This document shows, in pieces, positions 21,317 through 30,646 of a stretch of DNA of 64,000 nucleotides; within the stretch, counting starts at the first letter, position 1, and the number at the start of each line of letters is the position of its first letter. Source of the DNA: Candidatus Multivoradales bacterium (GTDB lineage Bacteria; Acidobacteriota; Thermoanaerobaculia; Multivoradales; J023); assembly GCA_965248925.1 (NCBI GenBank), contig CBDFLE010000005.1:1856001-1920000 (forward strand), read 5' to 3'. The notes under the pieces are model-generated. The model saw only the letters and a list, made by a program, of their open reading frames with translations. It was not told where the DNA came from and ran no database searches. The translations under genes were made by a program, and so were the position numbers.

Positions 21317-23259
21317 TCACCCCCTCCAGACAAGCCACCACCGCGGGGAGTACCGCCGCGGGCTGGCTGGCGGCCAATCCGCGGTCGCACCCCGCCGCCA
21401 CCGGGAATCACCAAGCCACCACCGATCACCGGATCGATCACCACCGGGTTCGGCAACTCAAAAATTCGCGGGTCGAAGCCACTGACCCGCTGCTTGAGCG
21501 CCAACAGGTTTTCGCGCACGTTGCCCTGCAAGCTCTTCAAGGCCTTTGCATCGGCTTTGGCGGCCAGCGCTTGTTCGGTCGCGGCCTGCAATAGGTCGAG
21601 GTCGCCAACGCCCACTTTCTCCGCCAATGCCGCTGTCGTGGTCTCTCGCAGGTTGTCGAGCTGGGCGGTGTCTCGTTGCAAGCGGTTTTCAAAGGTGTCG
21701 ATCAACAGCCGGTGGCCGACCTGCTCCTCGATCCGGGCGAGCGCCGTGGAGTTGCTGAGACGGTCGCGCTCGACTCGCTGATCCAGAGCGGCTACTTGGG
21801 AGTCGGTGGCGCGATTGGCCACCAAGGCGAGGTTTTGCAGGGACGAATCGATGCCTGAGAAGCGACTGTCGATGCGGCCAAAACGGCTGTCGAGCTCGGC
21901 GGTGCGGCCCTCCACCACCGCCGTACGCTCGGTCAACCCGGTGGCTTGAGCAAGGGCTTCTCCAACCTGTTCCTCAAGCACCGTCAGCTCACCTTCGAGC
22001 TCCACCAGGCGGCTTTGTGAGCCGGCACCGCCGGTGGCGTCGGCGAGGGCGAATCGGGCCACCACATCGAGCCCGACCTGCTCCGACTCGCCAGCCAGGG
22101 CGCTGTCCTCGAGGCTGCGCTGCAAGTCCACCGAGCTACGCGCCGCGCCGACGATTTGCGCCACAAAGATAGGTGGGTCGGCGGCCGGCGCGAAACGGTC
22201 GAGAGCCAAGCGGTAGGCGAATAAGGCGCGCTGCTTGCCGGCCGCTCCCTGGTTGGCGATGAACCGCCGAATGCTGTCTTGGATGGCACCCAAACCGCTG
22301 GCGACGTTGGTGGCGGTGGCGGTTAGGGTGGTGATCTGCTGACCGGCCCGCTGCACTACATCGTCGATCGAGCCGAAGAAATCCTGCGCCAGCCACGGCG
22401 CCGTCCAATCGCGGAAGCTGACTTCGACGCTGGTGCCACCGTGGCTGAGATCGGCGGTTTGCGAGTCGGCATCCGTCTTGACGAAAGCCAGAACAGTGGT
22501 CCGGTAGTCACGCCAGCGGTGCAGCAAGCGGCCGGCGGCACGCAGCCGGAAACGCGGTTGGGCCTGGAAGTAGGTGTCCACGAAGTGCTGCACGCTGACC
22601 GCATCGGTGCGCAAATACTCCTGGGAAAGCACCTTGAAGGCGCCGCTATTCAGCGCCTCGGTGGGGGTCGCGGTAGCGAGCAGATGGCTGCGCAAACTAA
22701 GATTGTCGGCCTGCGGCAAGCGGGTGTCAAAAGCGGCGCTAACCTCGTCCTCGACCTGCCGTGACAGACCGTCACCCTGCTCGGCGAGCAAATGCACCCT
22801 CGCCACCCCTTGGGGATCGAGCCGCACCGCCATCGAGCGCCCGCCGCTGCCACCCCGGCTGGTGGTTCCCGGCATCGCGCGGAAGCGCCCCCAAACCGTG
22901 GCAAAGTCGATCCACGGCAGCTCCGGCAGTGCGCCGACGTCGATCGGCTGGCCCAACAAGTCGGTGACCCGAGCTTCGATCTCGGACCGCTCGCCGATCA
23001 GATAGCGCCGCCGAGTGGTGGTCAGGGTGATCCGCAAACGGCCCCGAGTCAAAGTGTCGACGGTCTGACCCAAACCAGCGAGGGTGTCTTCGAAGGTGCC
23101 GAAGCGCTGGTCCAGGTCGCCGACTTGAGTGGCGACTTGGAGCAAGCCATCGCTGAGGGCGGTTTGCAGCTGGCCCACATGGCTCACCAGGTCGTTCCAA
23201 TCTTCATGTTTGATCAGCTGCCCGGCGGATTTATCGCTGAGTTCAATCAGTGTTTTCAT
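21313..23259 (-). CDS. Putative CIS tail fibre / coiled-coil protein
   Basis: N-terminal AGQLIKHEDWNDL resembles the GDLIxAEDWN fibre-attachment motif. Long heptad stretches (LDSRFGRIDSRFSGIDS). Located after the wedge genes. Confidence 0.6.
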   Translation of the reverse strand: MKTLIELSDKSAGQLIKHEDWNDLVSHVGQLQTALSDGLLQVATQVGDLDQRFGTFEDTLAGLGQTVDTLTRGRLRITLTTTRRRYLIGERSEIEARVTDLLGQPIDVGALPELPWIDFATVWGRFRAMPGTTSRGGSGGRSMAVRLDPQGVARVHLLAEQGDGLSRQVEDEVSAAFDTRLPQADNLSLRSHLLATATPTEALNSGAFKVLSQEYLRTDAVSVQHFVDTYFQAQPRFRLRAAGRLLHRWRDYRTTVLAFVKTDADSQTADLSHGGTSVEVSFRDWTAPWLAQDFFGSIDDVVQRAGQQITTLTATATNVASGLGAIQDSIRRFIANQGAAGKQRALFAYRLALDRFAPAADPPIFVAQIVGAARSSVDLQRSLEDSALAGESEQVGLDVVARFALADATGGAGSQSRLVELEGELTVLEEQVGEALAQATGLTERTAVVEGRTAELDSRFGRIDSRFSGIDSSLQNLALVANRATDSQVAALDQRVERDRLSNSTALARIEEQVGHRLLIDTFENRLQRDTAQLDNLRETTTAALAEKVGVGDLDLLQAATEQALAAKADAKALKSLQGNVRENLLALKQRVSGFDPRIFELPNPVVIDPVIGGGLVIPGGGGVRPRIGRQPARGGTPRGGGLSGGGD

Positions 23260-26095
23260 CGTTATTACCTCTCAAAATTCTGCCTTCTAGCGCCAGCCGC
23301 ACCCGCACTCCCGCCGGCCGCGCCTGTTCGATGGCTTGCCACGCCCAATCGATCAACGCCGGATCGAGGGCTGTTTCTTGCTGTCTCAGCTTGAGCCGCA
23401 CGGTGACGCTGAGTGGCCCTGCTGGACGCCAGCTCATCGACACCCGGGCGGCCGGGCAGTACGAAAAGACGGCGCGGTCGAAGAGACTCGAATCCGGCGG
23501 CGCCGGCAGGCTGTGCCGCCCGGGCAAAGGATCGGCGGCCACAGGCGGCGCCAACAATCGCCCTTCGGCGGTCCAAGCCGGGCGCTCGGCGGGTTCGTCC
23601 GGATTCTCGCCCTCGACCCTCAAGAAACGCCACTCCGAGTCGCCGCGAGGCAACTCGGGAAGCGCCGCCCAACCGCCCGCAACGATGCGCTCGGGGGTCG
23701 GCTTGAGACGCATGACCAACCGTTCCGCGCCGACCGAACTCTGCTGCGTGAACACCTCGCCATCCCAAGCGCCAAGATCGGCCACCGCCTGCTGGGTGAA
23801 GATCAACGCCCGCACTTCGATGGCCCGCCGACCGCGCAAGTCCAAGCTCTTGGCCTGCCATCCGGCGGCGCGAGAGAGCTGCTGCCAGGCGCCGGTGGCA
23901 CGGTCGAATCGCCAAGCACCGCGGTCGACGCCAGCCAGATCCTCGCCCAACAGCGTGTCGACCCGACCCAAATGAAGCAAGGCGCTACCTTGACGTTGCC
24001 AAGCGTCACGGCCATCAAAGCCCACCAAGCCACGGTCGGTGGCATGCCACACCAGGCCGCGGCGGTCGCTCAAGGTACGGTTCACGGCGCCGTCAGCAAG
24101 GTCCGGAAAGGCTTCGAGGCGAGTCTCGAAGGTAGCGCCACGGCCGGCGGTGGCCAGGTAGCGAGCCGGGCCCTGATCGGTGCCGATCCACAAGGATCCA
24201 TCAGCGGCGCGGTGCAGAGTGCGCACCGCCGGTAGGAACACCGCCGTGGCATCGGGCAAGGCTGCCGGCCGACCCTCGCCATCGAGCTCGAACGGGCGCC
24301 AATCGTCACCCGGCTCACCACCGGCGTACCACCACCAGGAGGCGGCCTCGCTTGGGGACTCACCACCTTGGCGCAGAAACAAGCCGAGCTCGCCGCCGCA
24401 GTAGAGATCCCCAACCCCATCGACGATGACCGCCGACAACGGGGTGCCGGCCAAGGCGATCGGCCGCACCGTGCCGTCGGCACCGAGGCGTTCGACACCG
24501 TTCGCGGTGGCCAGCCAATAGCCGCCGCCGTTCGCCGCCGCCAAATCGCGAACGTCGCTGTCGGATCCAGCCACCGGCGACACTGCAAAAGGCTCTCCTG
24601 ACGGCGGGTAGAGGGCCACCGTGCGCAACCCTTCGGCGGTGGCGAGTAACAGCCGGTTGCCGAGTTCGGCCAAGCGGCGAGGGGTCGGCAAGTCGGCAAG
24701 AACCCGCTGCCAACCGTCCGGAGTACCGCGCCACAGCTCGCCTCCAGCCCCCACCTCGAGGGCCGCCCACAGCACGCGATCGTGGCTCTGATAGAGGTCG
24801 ACCACCATGCCGACTGGGGAGCCGTCCGGACGTCGCCAACGGCCCGTGGAGACGGTTGGGTCGGCGTCCTCGACGTCGGTCGGCAGCGAACGCGCCGAGC
24901 GAATGCCGTCGCCGACGGCAACCCAAGAGACGAATCCTGGGCGTACTCGCAAAGTCTCGCCGGGGGCCAAGTCACCGCCGAAACCGAGGCCCACGGGCGG
25001 CCGCCCAGCGCCACCGTCGTAAAGCTCGATCATCGGCCTCACCGTCGCGTCGACCTCGCCGGGACGAGCCTCGACCCCTTCGATGTAGAGAGTTGCAGGC
25101 ACCGGGTTCAAGCCGTCATTGGTGAGCCGCCAGCGCATCAGCGGCGCCACCAGATCCTGGCTGGCGAGACGCCCTTGGGCAGCTTGGCGATGGCGGCTCC
25201 CTGGGCTGTGCTCCTCGACAAAGAACGGTCGCTCACGGCGCGACGGCGGCAGCTCGGGGTCGGCCGGCAACGCCGCCTCGACAGCGCCGCGCAACGCCGC
25301 CAGGGTGCCGAGGCCGTGGCGGTAGAGATCGACCGTCCGCTGGGTGCGGCGGCGGAAGCCCTCGGCGCTGTCGCGCCAAGCAGCCGGCTGCAGGCGGGGT
25401 CGCAAACCGAGCAAGGAGGCGAGTCGCGACAGGTTTTGGAAGTATGGGTGGTCGAGATCGGCGCGGGTCAACTGGCCGCTGAAGGTCTCCACCAACAGCC
25501 GGCGGTTGAGCCGCTCGAGCTCGGCACCCGCCAAGCCGCTACCGGCCAGGCTGAGGTCGGCCAGGGCACGGGTTTCGACGCTGAGCTCGACGGCTGCATA
25601 GCGCGCCGGGTCAAAGATCGACGGACCGCTTAGGAGGTCATCAAGCTCGCCGATCAACGCCCGTTGCAGGCGGGCCGGGAGGGGCTCTCCTGGCCCGAGC
25701 CCATCGAGCGCGGCGCGGGTCTGCGCCGTCAACCGAGCGCGCAGATCGGTGGTCACCGGATCCAGACCGCCGGCACCAGCAGCGCGCAGGCGATTGTTGA
25801 AGCCGGTGGCATCGACCAGCGCCAGCCGGTCGTTGCTCTGCGGTACCGCTTGGCCGCGCAGCTGGCGACGCCGTGCCAGGGCAGGGTGATAGAGGCCGCG
25901 GTCGGCCTGCGGCCACCAATGGGTGTTGGCAACCTCGGCGGCGGAACGATCGAGCCGATCGAGCTCCTGGCCGAGGCCGTCCAGGAAGCGGGCCAGCAGG
26001 TCATCGACCCCGGCAATGGCCAGCGCTTCTGATGCCGGCCGCGGCCGGTAGAGGCTCGGCAGCAGGGTTCTCAAGCGTGCCGCTCTAGCTCCCAT
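23243..26095 (-). CDS. Baseplate wedge (tail protein I/gp7-like) fused to a beta-propeller
   Basis: N-terminal LLPSLYRP and GLGTLAAL, C-terminal EQARPAGVRV. Central DGSLWIGTDQG and GLVWHATDRGL propeller repeats. Confidence 0.7.
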   Translation of the reverse strand: MGARAARLRTLLPSLYRPRPASEALAIAGVDDLLARFLDGLGQELDRLDRSAAEVANTHWWPQADRGLYHPALARRRQLRGQAVPQSNDRLALVDATGFNNRLRAAGAGGLDPVTTDLRARLTAQTRAALDGLGPGEPLPARLQRALIGELDDLLSGPSIFDPARYAAVELSVETRALADLSLAGSGLAGAELERLNRRLLVETFSGQLTRADLDHPYFQNLSRLASLLGLRPRLQPAAWRDSAEGFRRRTQRTVDLYRHGLGTLAALRGAVEAALPADPELPPSRRERPFFVEEHSPGSRHRQAAQGRLASQDLVAPLMRWRLTNDGLNPVPATLYIEGVEARPGEVDATVRPMIELYDGGAGRPPVGLGFGGDLAPGETLRVRPGFVSWVAVGDGIRSARSLPTDVEDADPTVSTGRWRRPDGSPVGMVVDLYQSHDRVLWAALEVGAGGELWRGTPDGWQRVLADLPTPRRLAELGNRLLLATAEGLRTVALYPPSGEPFAVSPVAGSDSDVRDLAAANGGGYWLATANGVERLGADGTVRPIALAGTPLSAVIVDGVGDLYCGGELGLFLRQGGESPSEAASWWWYAGGEPGDDWRPFELDGEGRPAALPDATAVFLPAVRTLHRAADGSLWIGTDQGPARYLATAGRGATFETRLEAFPDLADGAVNRTLSDRRGLVWHATDRGLVGFDGRDAWQRQGSALLHLGRVDTLLGEDLAGVDRGAWRFDRATGAWQQLSRAAGWQAKSLDLRGRRAIEVRALIFTQQAVADLGAWDGEVFTQQSSVGAERLVMRLKPTPERIVAGGWAALPELPRGDSEWRFLRVEGENPDEPAERPAWTAEGRLLAPPVAADPLPGRHSLPAPPDSSLFDRAVFSYCPAARVSMSWRPAGPLSVTVRLKLRQQETALDPALIDWAWQAIEQARPAGVRVRLALEGRILRGNNDENTD

Positions 26096-27875
26096 CGCCA
26101 AGCTCCTGCAACACCACGTCGCCAACATCGAGCCGTTCAAAAGGAGTCAACTGTAGAACGTCGTCATCGGCCGCCAAGCGTTCGGCGGCGCCGGTGGAGC
26201 GCAACACGGCGAAGCTGATCTCAAGGGGTGCAAAATCGGCCGCCCGTGGCGCCTGCGGTGGATCCGGCGGATCGAACTCGTCGAGGCTGCCGGGCGAGCG
26301 GCCTGCCAGAGGCAGCACATGCAGCAGCTGGCGGTAGATCAAGCTGCGGCGCTGCTCCTCGGCAGGGTCGGGAGAGGCGGGCAGCGGAGCGGCGTTGCGA
26401 GCGCTCAACAAGCTCAGGGCAGCGCCGAAGGCGGTCCTCAAGACGGCGCGATCGGGGGCCGGGCCGGCGCTCGGGAAACGCACCACCAACTCGATCCGGG
26501 TGGCCAGGGCCGGGTCGGCCAAGGTGAGCTCGCCGAGGCGGGTGGCGAAACCCGCCAGCGGCAGCTCGCCAGTGGTGACAGTGAGACTTTGGCGAACACC
26601 CTCGACCTGCCAGCTGGCAGCCAGCAAGCGAAAGTCCTCGACCCCGTCGACCGCCAGCACCTCGCCGGCCAGGCGTTGCAAGCTGGCGCCGCCAGCTTGG
26701 GGTAGAAGGTCAAAGAAGGTCGCCAAACGCTGGCGTACTGCACGGTGAGCGGCCTCGACTTGTGCTTCGAGCAAGCCCTCGGCGGTGCGCAACAAGAGCT
26801 CCAAGTCCACCGCCCGCGGCTCCTGCGATGCCAGCAGGAGCAGCTTCACCCCGGCCGGCCGCGCCGCTTCCAAGGCTTGCAATAGGCGCTGCCGAACGGC
26901 GGGATCGAGGCGCCCCGAGCGCGGGGTGACCGCGACCACTCCCGGACGGTCCGCGGGCTCGTCGATCTCCACCCGAATGCCCTGCCGCGCCGCCGCCTCC
27001 TCAAGGCCAGCCACCGTCGCCCGGGCGCTGCCGGCCAGGGCGCGCTTGGCCAGGCGACGGAGCTCGTCGTCGCTCTGCGGCCCCTCCCCCACCGTCGTGG
27101 GTTGGGGGTTGCTGACCTCGGCCAGCCCAGCGATCGGCACCGGCAACACTTGCAGGGCGCCGGCCGGTAGAGGCTCGCCGGGCTCCAAGCCACGCACCGT
27201 CACCCGCACCGCGCTCTGTCCTTCGGCCAAGGTGGCGTCGGCGGTGGTGGCGTATTCAATAGCGCCATCGCCGGTCATCACCCGCGTGCCGATGGGCACG
27301 AAGATAGCACCACCGCCACCGCGCACCCGACGGAGCTCAATCTCGCCACTCGGCAAGCCAGCGGGCAAGCGCTCGACGCCGACCAAGGCGATGACCTTCT
27401 CCAGCGCGCTGCCGCTGGCGGTGTCGACGAAGCCAGCGTCGTGGACCACCTCGAGTTGGGCATCGAGGCGGGCCATCTCGAGGGCCGCGGCGGAGCAGAG
27501 GGTGTGCAACACGCTGCCCGGACGGATGTCGTCCACCGGCAAAGGCGGCGCCGCTGGGCGGTAGCTCAAAGACAGCAAGCTGCCGGCATCGGGCAGCTCG
27601 CCGCTGCTCCGCCAGACCACTGATCGACCGTCTGGCGACAGGGCATAGTCGCCGCCTTCGCCGGCCGCGTCGGGACCGCGGAATTGGTGCGGCCGGCCAC
27701 CCCGGCTGCCATAGACCGAGACGATCTGCGCCGCCGGCGGCCGCAGCAGGTGAAGACGCAAGCCGCCGCCACCAGAGTCGGGCAAAAAGGGGTGAGTCTC
27801 CCCTGCCACCCCGCCGGTGACCGAGGTCAACAAGTGATCCAACACTTCAGGAAAAGTGGCACGGCGGAAGCTCAT
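26085..27875 (-). CDS. Baseplate J/gp47-like protein
   Basis: PGSVLHTL, GFVDTASGSALEKVIALVGVER, VPIGTRV, QSDDELRRLAK, ARPAGV. Confidence 0.88.
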   Translation of the reverse strand: MSFRRATFPEVLDHLLTSVTGGVAGETHPFLPDSGGGGLRLHLLRPPAAQIVSVYGSRGGRPHQFRGPDAAGEGGDYALSPDGRSVVWRSSGELPDAGSLLSLSYRPAAPPLPVDDIRPGSVLHTLCSAAALEMARLDAQLEVVHDAGFVDTASGSALEKVIALVGVERLPAGLPSGEIELRRVRGGGGAIFVPIGTRVMTGDGAIEYATTADATLAEGQSAVRVTVRGLEPGEPLPAGALQVLPVPIAGLAEVSNPQPTTVGEGPQSDDELRRLAKRALAGSARATVAGLEEAAARQGIRVEIDEPADRPGVVAVTPRSGRLDPAVRQRLLQALEAARPAGVKLLLLASQEPRAVDLELLLRTAEGLLEAQVEAAHRAVRQRLATFFDLLPQAGGASLQRLAGEVLAVDGVEDFRLLAASWQVEGVRQSLTVTTGELPLAGFATRLGELTLADPALATRIELVVRFPSAGPAPDRAVLRTAFGAALSLLSARNAAPLPASPDPAEEQRRSLIYRQLLHVLPLAGRSPGSLDEFDPPDPPQAPRAADFAPLEISFAVLRSTGAAERLAADDDVLQLTPFERLDVGDVVLQELGDGS

Positions 27876-27930
27876 GGTGGGAACCTCATGATCGGAACCT
27901 CATGATCGAAACTTCATGATCAAAACTTCA
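27867..27930. repeat. Degenerate 14-bp tandem repeat (~4.5 units) at the gp25/baseplate J junction
   Basis: GAAGCTCATGGTGG, GAACCTCATGATCG x2, AAACTTCATGATCA, AAACTTCA. Confidence 0.85.
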
Positions 27931-28414
27931 AAGTGAAAGGGCCGATGGAGACGATGTCGGCCGCCGCCACCGGCCGCACCGCGAGAGAGATGTCGACGCG
28001 GTCGCGTTGTAGCGGGTGGGGCTCGACGCTGATCCGCTCGACCGCCTCTATGCGCGGCTCTGCGGCCAGGCTCTCAAGAATGTAGAGCCGCGCCAGGTCG
28101 CGAACGGTGGCGCTGTTGGGCTGGCCGACCAACTCGGCCAATCGACTGCCATAACCGGGCTGGCCGAGAGGGGCGAGTTCGCCGCGTGGAGTCAGCAGGC
28201 GCAGCAGCACCGCTTGACCGAGATTGTCGCGGCCGCCGAGGGTCGCAAAGTCGTTGCGCGCCGCGCTACCTTGGCCAGCCGGCCGTGGGGCTCGGCGAAG
28301 CTGTTCCGCCAGCCGAAACCGCGGTCGCCAACGCTGATCGACCAACTGCAAACGGAGGTCGCGCAGCAGGTTTTGTTGCTCGGCCATCAAGTCATCCTCC
28401 AACAGGTCATCCAC
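27920..28414 (-). CDS. GPW/gp25 family baseplate protein
   Basis: GRDNLGQAVLLRLLTPRGEL, YGSRLAELVG, LAAEPRIEAV. Confidence 0.9.
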   Translation of the reverse strand: MDDLLEDDLMAEQQNLLRDLRLQLVDQRWRPRFRLAEQLRRAPRPAGQGSAARNDFATLGGRDNLGQAVLLRLLTPRGELAPLGQPGYGSRLAELVGQPNSATVRDLARLYILESLAAEPRIEAVERISVEPHPLQRDRVDISLAVRPVAAADIVSIGPFTLKF

Positions 28415-28802
28415 CGACCAAGACGGTGCCGACGGCGATCACCGTGCCCACCGGCAGGTCGGCCGGGTCGTTGCAGGTCAGGGCAATATCGCCGTGGCGA
28501 GCCATCCCCTTGCCGTTGACCAGCACCGTGGCGCTCCCGACCTGCACCGTGGCGGAGTTCTTCGGCGGTGCTTGAAAGGGCCCACCTTGGGGCAGGTGCG
28601 GCGGCGTGTTGGTGGCGGTGGAACCGACCACCGCCGCCGGCAAGCCCTGGACCTTGACGTCGCTGCTCAAACTGCCATCGAGCACGCCGCTGAACGGATG
28701 CGGCAACGGGGTCGGCACCGGTCCGCCCGGCGACGGGATCATCACCACATGAGTGTCGGTGGCTAGCACTTGGTCTCCTTGTTTGGCTGCTGGCTGTCCC
28801 AT
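28407..28802 (-). CDS. PAAR-domain spike tip
   Basis: GQPAAKQGD, GLPAAVVG, GSATVLVNGKGMARHGD, TVLVGG. Confidence 0.92.
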   Translation of the reverse strand: MGQPAAKQGDQVLATDTHVVMIPSPGGPVPTPLPHPFSGVLDGSLSSDVKVQGLPAAVVGSTATNTPPHLPQGGPFQAPPKNSATVQVGSATVLVNGKGMARHGDIALTCNDPADLPVGTVIAVGTVLVGG

Positions 28803-28838
28803 TTCGGATATCCGTAAGAAGCGGCAAGAAACCGCTTT

Positions 28839-29486
28839 TCAATTAAGGTTGACGGTAGCTCCCTTGAGGTTGAGCTGACCTTGGGCTTCCAGGGTGATCT
28901 CACGGCCTTTAACCTCGATGGCGCCCGCCTCCAGCGCCAGATCCCCCTTGCTGGTGACGCTGAGGGAGCCATCGCGGGCAATCTCCACCACCGCCTTGCC
29001 ACCGGCAACGTCGAGGCGTACCACTGGATCGTCGTCCTGCAAGGTGACGCTCAACGCCGCGCCGATATCGAGCTGCACTTGGCGTTGATCGGCGCTCGAC
29101 ACCACCAGTCGCAGGGCATCGGCCGGAGCGGCACCCTGGGGCAAGTGCATCACCGCCTGGCCATCCTCGTTCAGCGGTGGGCGTTGCTCATCGTTATACA
29201 AGCTGCCCACCACCACCGGCGCTTGGACGTCGCCACCGATGAACTGCACCAACACCAAATCCCCTACCGCCGGCAGGCTGGCGACGCCGAGCCGCGCCGT
29301 CGCCAGGGGCACCCGGCGCAGCAGCAGACCGCTGTCGCGCAGCTTGACGGTGCAGGCGTAATTGTCGCGATCACCATCGCTAGCGTGAGGATGCTGCTCC
29401 TCGACCAGCGCCAACTCGGCGCCGCGCACCGACCCGAGCTCGTCGCGCACGATCTGGCGCAAGGTCTGGTAGAGGGTGTCGCTCAC
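28839..29486 (-). CDS. Baseplate assembly protein V / gp5-like spike
   Basis: OB-fold motif LPAVGDLVLVQFIGGDVQAPVVVGSLY and a C-terminal beta-helix ending LKGATVNLN. Confidence 0.9.
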   Translation of the reverse strand: MSDTLYQTLRQIVRDELGSVRGAELALVEEQHPHASDGDRDNYACTVKLRDSGLLLRRVPLATARLGVASLPAVGDLVLVQFIGGDVQAPVVVGSLYNDEQRPPLNEDGQAVMHLPQGAAPADALRLVVSSADQRQVQLDIGAALSVTLQDDDPVVRLDVAGGKAVVEIARDGSLSVTSKGDLALEAGAIEVKGREITLEAQGQLNLKGATVNLN

Positions 29487-30634
29487 AGCAAACCCCCCAG
29501 CAACCCCAGCAGGCCACCCGAGTCGGGCGGCGCCGGGCGCTCGACGGTCAACAAGGTGGTGAAGCCACTTGCCTTGGTGTAGCGATGGCGGACCCGGCGG
29601 ACGGTGAAGCTGCCATCGAGAGCAGCCTCAGGAGTGCCCTCGACGGTGATCGCCGCCGCGGGGAATACGGCCGCGGCGCCGGGCACCCGCAGCACCGCCC
29701 GCCAGCCGGCCGCTCCTTGGCGCCCTTGGTGAGCCGCAGCGGCGGTGCGTACCGCGTCGGCACTGCGCAGGGACGCATCCGACATCACACGAGCAGCGCC
29801 GGCGGCAGCGGCGGTTAGCGGCGCCGGATCTTTCACCAACCAGGCCCAAGCATCGCCTCCTGAGCTACCCGCGGCACCCTCTCCGACCCAAGTCAACGGC
29901 GCTGCCGAGGTCGCCTCGATGGCATCGATGGCCAGCAAGTCCTGACCGTAGGTGAAAGTGCGGACAGGCTCGCCGCCTCCCGGCACCGCCATCGTCAACT
30001 CACCCCCAGCGCTGATCCAGGCAGCTAACCCGCTACGCGCCGCCAGTTCGGCGATCTGCGACCAAGCGCTGCGCCGATCGTCGACGACAATGAACGGCAG
30101 CTCGACGCCATCGTCGATCTGGCCCGTGGCAACCCCCGCTTCGGCAGCTAGGTCCTGCACCACGTCGCCGGCCCGCTGATCCTCGAAGCTGCGGTTCAAG
30201 CGCAGCGCCGCAAGGTCGGCGGCGGCGTTGACCGCGACCGCTTGCATCGCCCCATCGAGGCCGCGATGCAAGCTCTCCAGGCGACCCCTGAAAACCACTT
30301 CCAGGCCGCTGTCGTCGTAGCCGAGTTCCACCGTGCCGGCATCGGCAAGGGCCGGCCGCGGCAAGTCTGCGGCCTTCCCAGCCAAGGCTGCCACCGCCGA
30401 GGCCGCGCCACCGACAGCGCCGAGCAAAGCGGGGGCGCCTGCCCCAGGCCGCGGTGCGCCACCGCGCAGGGTGGTGCGCAGCTCGTCGACCGTCGGCGCC
30501 AAGCCGAGGTCGGCGTCGATGCTCAGCACCGCGCCAGCCCAAGCCTCGGCGGTGGCGTCGCCAAAGCGCAGGGCGAAGGCCGGCCGCCGCACTGCGGGGG
30601 CTTGATCGGGGCTAGGAAACAGACTCGGCAACAC
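29483..30634 (-). CDS. Baseplate hub (late control D / gp27, VgrG-N-like)
   Basis: VELGYDDSGLEVVFRG, SFEDQRAGDVVQDLA, FTYGQDLL, GSFTVRRVRHRYTKASGFTT. Confidence 0.85.
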   Translation of the reverse strand: MLPSLFPSPDQAPAVRRPAFALRFGDATAEAWAGAVLSIDADLGLAPTVDELRTTLRGGAPRPGAGAPALLGAVGGAASAVAALAGKAADLPRPALADAGTVELGYDDSGLEVVFRGRLESLHRGLDGAMQAVAVNAAADLAALRLNRSFEDQRAGDVVQDLAAEAGVATGQIDDGVELPFIVVDDRRSAWSQIAELAARSGLAAWISAGGELTMAVPGGGEPVRTFTYGQDLLAIDAIEATSAAPLTWVGEGAAGSSGGDAWAWLVKDPAPLTAAAAGAARVMSDASLRSADAVRTAAAAHQGRQGAAGWRAVLRVPGAAAVFPAAAITVEGTPEAALDGSFTVRRVRHRYTKASGFTTLLTVERPAPPDSGGLLGLLGGLL

Positions 30635-30646
30635 GGCTCAGGCTCC

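Noticed and set aside
27867-27930. CRISPR array
   Set aside because: The 14-bp units are contiguous with no spacers, and there are no cas genes.
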